Shown here piece after piece: positions 1-12,000 of a stretch of 64,000 bases of DNA. Position 1 is the first letter of the stretch. Each line of letters starts with the position of its first letter. The notes beneath the pieces are model-generated. The model searched no databases. It was given only the letters and a program-made list of their open reading frames with translations, and was not told where the DNA came from. The position numbers were made by a program, and so were the translations under genes. The stretch comes from Botryllus schlosseri (lineage: Eukaryota), in assembly GCA_051294905.1 (NCBI GenBank), contig CM119372.1, positions 16,494,001 to 16,558,000 of the forward strand, in the 5' to 3' direction.

Positions 1-3000
1 CTCCTCGTCTTCCAGGTATCCGTTCTTAAAGTCCTTCGACGTGAGCTCCACGACTTCAGTTTTGGCATATCTGCAAACAAGCGATAGAAACTTTCATATA
101 AACGCGATGACGCATCCGAAAATTATCGCCAGGTACGATAAAACCGCAGCGTTTAATTGTATTTTTCGAGCACCCTCGAAACTAATCTTAGAAGTGGGAT
201 TAAAAAAACATACGGGAGTATGATTCGGTTCCAAACACAGCTTCGCGTAATCACCTAGCGAAAGCACGGGTAAATCACGCCGATAATCAAGCGGACGAGA
301 TCAACGCGAAATGTCAATGATTACTCATCGCACAGCAACACTAAGGTCAATTAATAAGCATTTCCAAGCCGATTACAGGTCGTCAGCTCAAGCAACCTTA
401 TCCGATAGTACCATGTCACACATACACACACGCGCGGACGCGTTATCCAAATCAGCAGAATTTACTTTCAAACCCGCATAGTATAGTGGCTCAGCTAGTC
501 CCGCAAGTCGCCTGGCGCATTTGCTTACTAACACATGCCGGTAGGAGTTCAAACCACGAATTATCATCACGACTGTATTATGAGCAAACAACAGCGATCG
601 AAGGAGTAAAGAAAAGAACGGAAACGCGGTACGAAAACATTTCGCATATCCTCAAGGTCGATAGCATATAATCCGGGTGTAGTAAAATTTAACGCGAGAA
701 CACGCGACTCGCCTAAAGGCCGCTGACAAAACGCGTCATACGTTCTCGATACAACGGTGAGAACACGCGACAATACGCTCGCTATCTATATGCCTGCGAG
801 TGTAATTCGTTTGCGGTAGTAAGTACGATACATTATGATTATGTTCCTAGTCGCAGCAGTGATTCCGCGGATCGTGAAAAAACGGCATTACAACGCAGTG
901 TTGTCGACTAAAGGAGTCCGTACGTTTTCAATGTAATTGCAGCGACTATCTGCCTATCAATAAACGCATCTCCGCAACGCAAGTACTGGCCGAGTTCGTC
1001 GGAACAACTTACTTCATCGCCCATTCCGCCAGCTTAAACGCTCGCCGATCCCAGCCACGAAACACCTCGTACAGCGGGTTGTGCGATTCTCGTTTCCTAG
1101 GCGGAAAAAGTCGAATTTCCGGATAGGAATCGACCGCGTGAATCCGGCAGAATTCGCTGTGGCCCGGTTTCGCGCAGTCCACAGCGCCGACTTTGATGAT
1201 TCCCCCGAGAGTCTGCAGTAGACACCAAACACCAATTACAGCGAGATGTCGAGTAAGTATCCGATTTTTGAATAGATATATATTATGATATATTCGGCCG
1301 ATATTCAAAGGATATGGCATCTAGTTTAAGGCGATTATCCCAAACTTCAGAGGATTTATTTGAATTGCTATTGCTATGCTTGGACAAAACGTAAACTAGA
1401 AAGGGTCGCATCTGGACGCATGTAAGCTATAATAAATATATCAATATTCCCAGTCTAACAGTCGCAGATTTATAGGTCTCCCACTCCATACTAACATGTT
1501 GTGACGTCACCAACACTACCGATATGTCTGTCAAAGTCCGGTACCAACTGGACATTATTGGCGAAATAATCGGTCGGTCTCTAGTCAGAGCCACCGCAGA
1601 ATGTTGGCGTGGAAAAGCACAGTGGAAAATTCAATAACAGCGCGCTGCGTACGCCATAAGATATACAACATTTATAGCCCGTGCCGGCTAATTAAGAGGT
1701 GTCACTTGAATTCAAACTTCGCTGAGAGCATTCGACTACTTTCGCGACGTTTTTTTTTCAATGTCGCAATATGACGCTTCAGAACTACGGAATCGACAAA
1801 CTAACGAATAAATGAATGGTTAATAAATGTCAGCAGCCGTGTCACAATCAGTCAGCGGATAAAATAGGAATTCGCGATGTCGCGGAAGAGTCCGGCGTGT
1901 AACTTAATCAGCTTTGATGCGACGCAAGAGTAAGATAAGCCTGAGCATTAGCGGCAATCCAAACGGCAAAGCGCAGAACACGAAGAAAGAAACTATAGGC
2001 GTTATGAGGCCGGATAGCGTAACGGTAAAGTGATATATAGTCTGAGGCTGCAATTAGCGGCGGGTAATGCCACTGGCGGAAGCGATCATTCGAGAAATTT
2101 TGATGACACTGGCTTTTTCTTATTGAGATACCCCGAATCGCACTGCCCACCATTTCCGCGCTTTGACGCAAAACAATCCATTTTCAAGGCGTATCACCAA
2201 TCACCATTCGGTTGCCCGCGATTGGAATTGCCATTTAGACCGCCTAAATGCCCTAAATTGTCCCAAAATACACGTCAAATTAGGTTCGCAGGCATGAACC
2301 ACAACGGCGAATAGGGATAGACGGTTCCAGGAAGGTTGCCAGCGAATTCGGCACTTGGCAGTGAATTCTAATTATAATATACTCCTATACCCCATCCTAA
2401 CCTAAACCATAACCCAAAATCTCATACCGAATTCATTACTATATGCATGCCAATTGTCGAGTGTCGTATTCACTAAGTGCCGTATATCACAATTCACGCT
2501 CACAGTCAGTCTACCATTCGTTTTCAAATTCAATAATTCAATATTGTCCCAACGCTTTTATAGTTATTACATTCTCAGGTCAAATTCCCACCTTGGTCAG
2601 TACAACCGTGGATGCACCAATTCGAGAATGTGCATGCCAATTTCTCAACATCGAAGTCCTCGGGAAAGAACAGCATTTCGTAATCGCATCACGGAGCAAG
2701 CTCATGCCCAGGCTTCAACACGACTGCGTCCGTTATCGTGACATTCAATCCGGATCGCCGAACCGGTTTCTACCGATCACGCCGCCGCCGCGTGTCAAAG
2801 GCGTGACTCGCAAAAAAAGAGCGCCTTCGCCTTGAACCGCGCCGGAGCGCCATTTTTTCGCCGGAAAAGCTCCTCAAAACTAGTAATTCCAGATTTAAGC
2901 GCCGCTCAAGAAAGCCCTCGAGCGGCGCAGCGAAAAGAAATGAAAAGCGATTGCGAATCAATGTTTTAAAGCATCAGCCGGCTGCGCATCGGCAAAAAAC

Positions 3001-6000
3001 TTTAATCAGGAGCATGTAGCATGTGCTGTCATGGAGCTCCAACACGAAATAGAGCAAACCTTAGCCATCCTTCTCCACTCCGGCAAAAGGCGCTGACATG
3101 GCCCGCACCAATTCGCGTAAAAGTCGACCACCCAGGTTTCTCCGACAGGTCGCCGTTGTACCATCGACAGGAATGTCTTCGGCGTTAAGTGCACGTACGG
3201 CGGGTTGATTAAATCCTGAAATTCAAACAAAAAATGGATGAGTATACGCCAACCGTCGCGCGCATGGGTGTCGGGTTTGTCCTGCAGAGTTAAAAATGTC
3301 AAATCGTTGCATACCGTAAATCGTGATTGATTCTATCTGTCGGATATCTCGCCGCCTGTGACAGGCACAGGAACCGCAAAGGTACATCTGACACGGGCGA
3401 TGGCAATCTCCGTTCGTATGCGACGTAACAGAGACTTGTCTAGCGCGTTGCTATCGCAAGATCCAACCGTGAAAACCGGTTGGGTTACGAAAAGGCGCGG
3501 TCTGCTGGATAGGAGGAATTTACAGCATTAATTGCGGCGAATTGACAAGCCATTACGCTAGTTTCTGAACGATTTTCGACTACCGCGCGGAGATTGATGA
3601 AATTTTGCGACATGGTGACGAGGATGAGTGCATTTTTCATTAGTTGCCTGCCACCTATACTACGTAAATTCAATATTCAGATACAGATACAACTTTCAGT
3701 ATGGAAAATACACATGTTAGTAATATTGCAACACCTTAATTAGCACGAGGTATAATCGCTTCTACGTATCCGAGACATTCGCCCACTTCGCAACACAAAT
3801 TACACTACACGGGTTGTGAAGTCACACAATACGGTACTCTTGACAAAGTACGGTTTAAGACATAAACGGCGCCATACGTAATGACGGCGAAGGACTGAAA
3901 GAGAGCAAGAAGGATATAGCACGTCATTATTCCGTCAAAAACAAACGCGAATTCACCGAAATAGCAACGAAAACGCAAGTGCCTTGACATTTGCGCTCTT
4001 GAACCCGCGCGGCTTAATCACATCGTAGACGTGTAGAGTAAAGTATGATTTTTCAATTACGATCCTTATGACAAATTGCGACAAAGTATGCGTAGCTTCA
4101 AATGCCAAAAATGAACGAATATCGCAACGGCTTCCATGGATACGTCATCAAAATAACGATCGGAGAATGGAAGCCGCTCGGAAGGCACAAGTCCGGAAGT
4201 TAAATCAGTACCGGTTTACTTGAGGTCATCAACGCATGGGTGTACGAAGCGAATAGCCACGCGTTTCGAAAAAGCGATCTGGCGTAACAAATAATAGGAT
4301 TTATTAAGTCTATTTTAACGTAGAAACTATTATCCTGTACTGATATCGCGAAGATTAAAAGCACTTCAGAAACCATAGAGGAAATTACGGGCAATTAAAA
4401 TAATGCCCGTCGATAAGAATTGTGGTACTTCTAACTACATCTACATCCCCAAGTGCGTCGGTGAATAATGAATATCGGGTTCATTCATACTGCGAAAGAT
4501 GAGTATAATTAAGTATGGTTGAGGTGAATGGGTTTATATATAATTCTAGCTTATTTCCGCGGCTGTTTGAAATCTGTCAGCAAATCATGCAGAAATGTTT
4601 TCAGAAACGGTTACTTTTCAGGGTATCGTATGACATTCCACAATCGGACATCATTTCAATGAAAAATGTTCATGTTAACCGTATCTTAGCTCAAGTACAT
4701 ACCTCAAGAAGTAAAGCACTTTCCAAACCCACCAAGCCTATGCAGGCATTGAATCACGTCCCCACTGATTTCGCCGTTTCGCACCGGCAACCACCCTAAG
4801 GTGGTCAGTAACGAAGTACTTCTATACTTTTCGGAGTAATCAAATAGGTTTTTCCTGCTTGCATGACTTATTCAAGATTACTTCCACATCTACTTGTACA
4901 GTTTGCTTGTACTATTTACTGTTTACACTTTGGACCATATAACGTAGAAAGCAGTCCTTGGAATGGATATGTTGGCACCACTTTCACGAGCGAAATGATC
5001 ATAACAGCCGGACGAAATAGCCCCTGTAACGCGAGAACTGGAAATATTTTGGAAAATTGCACCTAAGGTGCAGTTGCAGCGCAATTTACAATGTCATTAT
5101 TCAATTTACATTAGTCGCAAAGACAGATATTGCAGTTTCGATAATAGTCACCTCAGACACTTTTGTGAGTGAAATTATCATAACCGGGCACGTAACAGAA
5201 TATATTTTAGAAAAACTACTCTGTTGTAGTACCATCAGTCATTCTGCATCGTCGTGAAGATGCATCTTGAAATTTCGGAAGTTGCTCCCTTCGATTTGCT
5301 ACTAAAAAGTATGCAGTACACTTCATAAAACTAGTAGAGCACTTTTTTTTTCGCAATTCACTTTTCGGCTCCCACTTGTGGCAGTTTTGACTCACCTTCC
5401 ATATCGCTACTTCTACTTGTAATTCAGCAGAAATCGACGATGTTACTTCTACTTCTACTTTGAGTAGCGACGGTCACTACTCTGTCCACCATTGCAACAA
5501 TCGTAATGAGGAATGGAGAACGCATTTCGATCAAACACCACTGTGAGAGGCAAGGTAAAGATCGATAGATACACTAGGCACAAACCTGCACAAACTGATT
5601 GATCCCGTACGAGCTATGCTGTCCGTTGTACTCGGTTACGATTGTGCCGTTGAAGAGCATCGTGGTTGGGTAAGACTCGACGCCGTACTGCGAAGAAAAG
5701 CCAATTACCGAAACATCGATGACGTCATACACGCCTTGCTGCGTCTACACTCACGTTATCGCAGATTTCCGAGAACTTCGTGCAGTCGATAGTTCCGAAT
5801 TGAATGGAAGGAAGAATGCGAGACGCTTCTCTCAGCTCGGGGAGCAACGCACGACAGGGCGGACACCACTGCAAAAAAACGCGCTATTACAACAGCCTAG
5901 ATCAGTGGTTGCTAATCCGGGGTTCAAACGAGCCCCAAGGATTCGCTGAGACAGTGTCGGGGGGTAAACCGAAGGTCAAGACACATACCCAACTCATACC

Positions 6001-9000
6001 GCAGAAGTCACACTTATTTGCGGTAATTATTTGTTATCATCTTCTTGCCATGTTTTAATGATCCTGATGCACATTTCATTTTGTGCACATGTATTCTCTA
6101 GAAATTTCATTGTTTGGCATTGCGGCAGATCTTTGTTTGTGTGACTCTGCGAAAATGTGGGATTCGCCAAAGGCTTCCAGGTTAGCGTAATGGTTCATCG
6201 GGTTAACAAAGGTTAAGAATCACGGATATAGTGGCAGATTATTAAAGTGTGTTGGCTATTCATAATGCAAAAGTCGAGGGATGAAGATCCCGACTGCGCT
6301 AATCAGAAGCCCGGCAACGATGTAACACGAGAAATGGTCAAGTGATTGTGAGCCTCACAGCTCAATCAATAGTGCCCTCTATGTGGAGATTGTCTTTCGA
6401 TCTCTCTGAGTAGTAAATTTGTGATTCTACTTGGTAATTGTTTAAGTTACATTTGACCGTGTCTCAGGGATAAGCTCGGATTATAGGCGGCAAAGAAAGT
6501 GAGCTGGTAGTCTCAATCGAGTTGGCAATCAAGACTCCATTGAAACAAATATAACGAAGACGAACTATCGTTTGAGATGGGCAACGACCAAAACGTACGT
6601 TACAAACGACAGTTCCTATTAGTTTTAGTGAAACGAGCACTCACCGGAGCAAAGAAGTCGACAAACCAAGGCTTCTCGGAGGAATTGATTTCCCCGTCTT
6701 CGAATATTTCCGGATTGAGTGTGGTCACCTTCGTCTTGGCGCTTTCCTGCGCGAACGCGCTCAGTTCTGAAGTGCCCTGTCGCCCTACATGGGGAAATGG
6801 AGGCGTTGTTACCCGATATTACACAATAGTGTGCGACACTTGATTGCGAATTGCGAATATGTGTCAAGATCGGAGGTAGTTAGTAACGAAGTACTTTGAA
6901 CGCTCTCGTATTCGACATTTCGTGCTTGTGACGTCATATTTTGTGTTACGATTGTTGATATACGATGTTCTTTTGAATTCTCTACTAGTTGCTGACGATT
7001 ACCCCTGACGAGTGTCAGCCGAAAATATTGGGGTTCATTTCAATATGAATATACTATTCAATTGTATATTGAAGTTCTGCACCTCCAAGAAGCCGTTTAA
7101 ATACTTTTTATGAGTACTTACAAAGTATATTTTGTCTACTTCCACTACATACTGAAGTGGTTATGATTTTTGACCAGTTCCATTTCTACTTAACGATGTT
7201 TCAGTTAAACTGAGTTACTTTTCCCATTTTCTATTAGTTAGTTTTGGGTAAAGTTTGCATCACTTTCACGAGTGAAATTGTCATAAGAATCACATGAAAT
7301 AGCCTCTGTATCCTGGTAACTGAATATATTTTGGTAGATTGCACATATTTGTAGTGTCCTTGGTACTTTTCAAACCTTCCATTATCCAATTCCACTTGAG
7401 GTAGATTTTACACAACTTAAAAATCGTTAATTTTTACTTGTAATTGAGTAGGAATCTACTTAATCTGACTTCTACTGGAGTAGCAACACTGACTATTTTG
7501 ACCACCTCTGGTTACTGGTTTGGTTATGGTTGCGGGTAGCAGTACCACATGCAAAAATGTCACATGCCAGGTTGCTGTTTCTCATTGTTTTACATGATCA
7601 AATGTCGGGCAATCACAAATGTCGGGTACCATTGATATTGAGAAGGAAACAAATGGTCCATGCCACAAAGTGTGGATGAACAACTTGGCTAGCAGTCGTA
7701 TGTTCGTTCAATCAAGGGTCGACGTACAATTGTACATGCAGTACAGGTTATACCAAGATGTAAGTTACAAAGTCTGACCTTGAAGCGAATAAGCCATCCT
7801 ACCAGTGTTGGGATGACTCCAGTCACCTTTTTCGTGTGACTTGACTTGACTCGAGTCACTTCGCTAAAATGACTTGACTTGACTCGGCGTATCAGAAATG
7901 TGGATTGACTCGTGACCCGGAGCAAAATTCACGAGTCAATTTCAAGTCATCAAGTAATCGGTGTCGATAAAAATCACTGTATCTTGCATGATACATATGA
8001 TTGTTGGCGAAACGCTGGTGTAACCCGTGAGAGCGACCAATCATTCAATGATCGTGCATTCTACTGAGCCTGCATTGCTCTTTCACAAATAAATTGACCA
8101 CAAACGAAGTGATCGAACTCGGAGTCATAAACTAGTAGTAAAGTAATTTAAAAACAAAATCTATATTTCTGTTCTCTGTTCTTGCCTTAACAAAACCTCT
8201 TGTTTTATTGAAATTGAATTCGAATATAGTTTATACTCAACCATTGGCGCAGGCTCGAATTGTATCATATCAATTTGTAAATGGCTAATAAATCGCATTT
8301 TTCAATTCGTTTCTCTAATCTGCATTCTCTATTTTGGCTGGTAACTAAAAACTGAGGCTATGCAATTACTTACGTAGTTGAACAGTTCTACGTGTGTGTG
8401 AGCGATACAGCGCCTTCTTGCGTGTATATATTTAACTCTATATTCGTTCATCGGTTTAGAATCTATGACCACTCAATCTATTTCAGACCGCTAGCAAAAT
8501 GCAATGACGTAATCATGCCTCATGCCCCATACTTCGAAAAGGCAACTTGACTTGAATTGTGACTTGACTCGAGTTACCTCCAAAAATAGAGTGACTTGAC
8601 TTGACTCGAGTCACCATTGAAAATCGATTGACTTGAGTTAACTCGAGTCAAAATGTGCAATGACTCGAAATGACTTGTGACTCGAATGTAGTGACTTGAT
8701 CCCCACACTGCATCCTACCATAGTTGACCATGTTGGGTTTCGTAACGAACGCTTACACATGGGTGCCAAGTAAATCCCTGGAATTTACAGTCAATCATGA
8801 GAAGACAACATTTTATTGCAGTGTGTAGGCTACTCGGGGACTCTGATGACAAAATTAAAAAGCCCACAAATTTCTTACCGTGGAATATTTCAAACATGTC
8901 CACGCCTCTTCCCTTGAATACGACAGTGGTCGGTGCTTCGATGTACATCGCTTTCTTACAGAAATCCTTTTCCTTATCACAATTGATAATCACAACTTGG

Positions 9001-12000
9001 ATATTCTGAAAATGAAAAGTTGGTGAAGCGTCGGTGATTTGAATAAGGAGCGGTGCAATCCGAAGATGTAACGATTAGTAACGTTGACATGATCGCTAAT
9101 TTTGTGCAATGCGCTGTGTGCACACCTGGTTTTACGCCTTCCTATCCCGATAATGTTGAAATATGGGTATTGGAGGTACATTTCCTGTCGATCGTCACAT
9201 TGAAGATTTTCGTATTACTCGGTACATAGTTTTGGTCAGATATTTACTGTCTGGTAAAAGCTTGATTGAGTGACAGCTCATTTGAATTAGAAATGAAAAT
9301 GGCAATCAATTTTATGTCAAATAATTCAAGTTCATGTGGGTCGATTATATCTGAGTGACAGTTCCCTCGGATGATAATGTCGATGATGGTCATTTGAGCA
9401 ACAGATAAATCAAGGTCAGGTTGGTTGATTTCATTTGTACGACTGTTCACCCAAGTGAACAATGCTGAAGATGGGATAGCGGTTAGGTATTGCGGTTTGC
9501 GGTCAGGTTAGGTGGGGTTTACGGGTTAAACACGAGTGAATAAAATAGAAGGTGCTAACACGTCGCCCGGAACAACTTTATTTCTGTAACTCAAACCAAT
9601 AAAACAGCACTTTTTTATAAATTGACTCAGTTGATATACACAAGGAGAGACTACACCTGATGAGAGCAGCTCTAAAAATTTGAGTTAACAATTTATCAAC
9701 GTTGATAGGTTTGATTCAATTACATTGCATTCAATAGGTTTCCTCTAGTCCTTGGTTGCTACGTTGCAGCTTCCATAGTACTTCGATGAAAACGGATTTT
9801 AGATTAGCTTGATTCGATATGGTTCGAGGTTGTAGCCTAGATTTTTCCTTTTGATACCTTGTGATATTTTACAAGTTGTGAATAAAACATGCACAGCACA
9901 GTCGATTGATTAGCTCTACAGATTATGCTGCTGAAACGTCCGCATATCTTCTAATTTCTTCTCTTGCCACAAAATGATTACTATCAAGCATGATCAATAT
10001 TAGAGAAAATACAGGCCTACACACTCATCCCTGTGAAGTGCAATTCTTGTCGGTTTGTACTATTCATTTATCAGTTCATCACACTCGCTGTTCATCAACG
10101 CTAGTTGGAGGCTACTGAATGACCGGCAATTTAAGATCATTAGGGCTGTCGTCTGGTAAAATTGAATGATTTGTCATCCAATCACATCGCTGTGCTTCAG
10201 TCATTACTTACGGAATAATCAATAAATTATTATTGAAGCAGAAGCATAGAAACTGTCAAAGTGAAAAATAGCAACTTTCTGAGCACACCAGACTCAGTAA
10301 AAGATGGATTATTGATTGCTATAGCAACAATGTAAAAATACATGACAGTTTCTGCACTATGTACTGCAGTACAGACACCACAGTTTTATGCCACTGGGCT
10401 ATCAAAGGAGTAGGTCTACTGTCGCCAGAAACAGTTGAAGCAGACCAGCCTATCTTATGTTCTGAAATACACGATCACGGCTTTATATGAATGATCAAGT
10501 GCATGCAACTCGATCACAGTATTAGGACCCACAGCAGCTATATTTCCTGCAAAACCAATCATTCATCGACGGGAAGTAAGCCTTGCAAGAAAGAAACAAC
10601 TGTCACATAAGACAAGAAAGTTAACTAACGTGTTTTTTCAGTATGATGGGCAATCTCTTCAGGCTCGTGTCGGTCCGGTCCACAGACTCCTCGCCGAATT
10701 GAAAAAACACCAAGCTGGCTTTGGTTTTCACTTGGAGCTGGTATAAGAACATTCGAAATGGCACACAGCAGGGTATATACATATCACAGCAAAACTGCTC
10801 ACCTCCAGTTGCTCGCTTGTGACAACCGGCAGTCCGGGTACGAGATCGCGCAAGATTTGATCGTATATTTCTTTCGCATCGAGGGAATTCAAAGGAATTC
10901 CGCGTTCAAGTTGATCCGGAAACGCATCCCGGGGGTAAAATATCAGTTCGTCATTATGACCAAGTCTCTTGCACAATTCCGGCGAGTTGACGCAGTCAAT
11001 GGTGGCGACCGCAGCAAAGTCCCTCTGCGGAGAAAACCATGGTGATGAGCATACTCAGACTCACGCATGCTTAATATCGTACTAATGCTGTAACTTTTTT
11101 TTCAAATTACAAGTAGAAGTAGCAATTTCAATTCATGCTAAATATACCCAAGATATAAATGCATAGTTTCATAACTACTCCAGTAATGATGAAGTAGATA
11201 GGGATGAGGTGTCACAAACCTTTAACAGTTAGTCAACTGACACAGACAGCTTTCAAAATTGCAAGGTGCATCTCGACACATAATGATGCAACTTTTCAAA
11301 TCATGTTTTTTTACACAGAGACTACACACAGCCCGGTTATGTCATATGTCAATTCTCATGAAAGTGTTGCAGATTCATCAAAACACTACTTTGTACACAG
11401 CAAAGTTGTAAAAAAGTAGCTTGTCTCAAAAGCGGAAGCACTCAAAAACAAAAATCGAAGCAGAAAAAACCGACACCTAAGTCAATATCGGAAATCTGGT
11501 GACTTATTTAAATTTCAGACATGACAGATCAGAAGTTCTATTCTCGAGTATGGCAGCTACCGATAAGGTCTAGTCTATGACCAAAATTGAAAGCTTTGCG
11601 AAATATCAAGTAACAAATATGCCAGCAACCACACAATTCTATATGAACACATCCCATATACCAGCATTCCAGCTAACTTCCGTTTCGTTTTCAGAGTGGG
11701 GCAGTTCATTCCCGAATCAGAATCCTCTTCGCCTTCGTTGGAATCTCCGCCACAATACGAGACGACCCACGGCAATTGGGTTTGTTTCGAGACTTCGCTC
11801 TCGAAATTGCCGTCCCAAAGCTCAACCAACTGGACTGTGACGTACTTCATCACAAACTTCACCAGATCCCTTTTGTTTCGGTCGCCCTGATAGCGAATGG
11901 GCTGGACGGAAGATATGCGAGAATTAATACGTCACAGATATTGACTTTATAATTGTTATTGGAAAATCCCAATTGATTCGGACAAAACGAAATTAGGAAA

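Noticed and set aside
9657..9686. CTGATGA-GAGCAGCTC-TAAAAATTT hammerhead-like string
   Set aside because: GAAA box reads TAAA and there is no convincing helix I; at best a dead relic.
10020..10152. Possible duplicate of DNAJC10 exon 9 ([12 protein letters not shown]...)
   Set aside because: In-frame stop and only vague similarity; likely chance.
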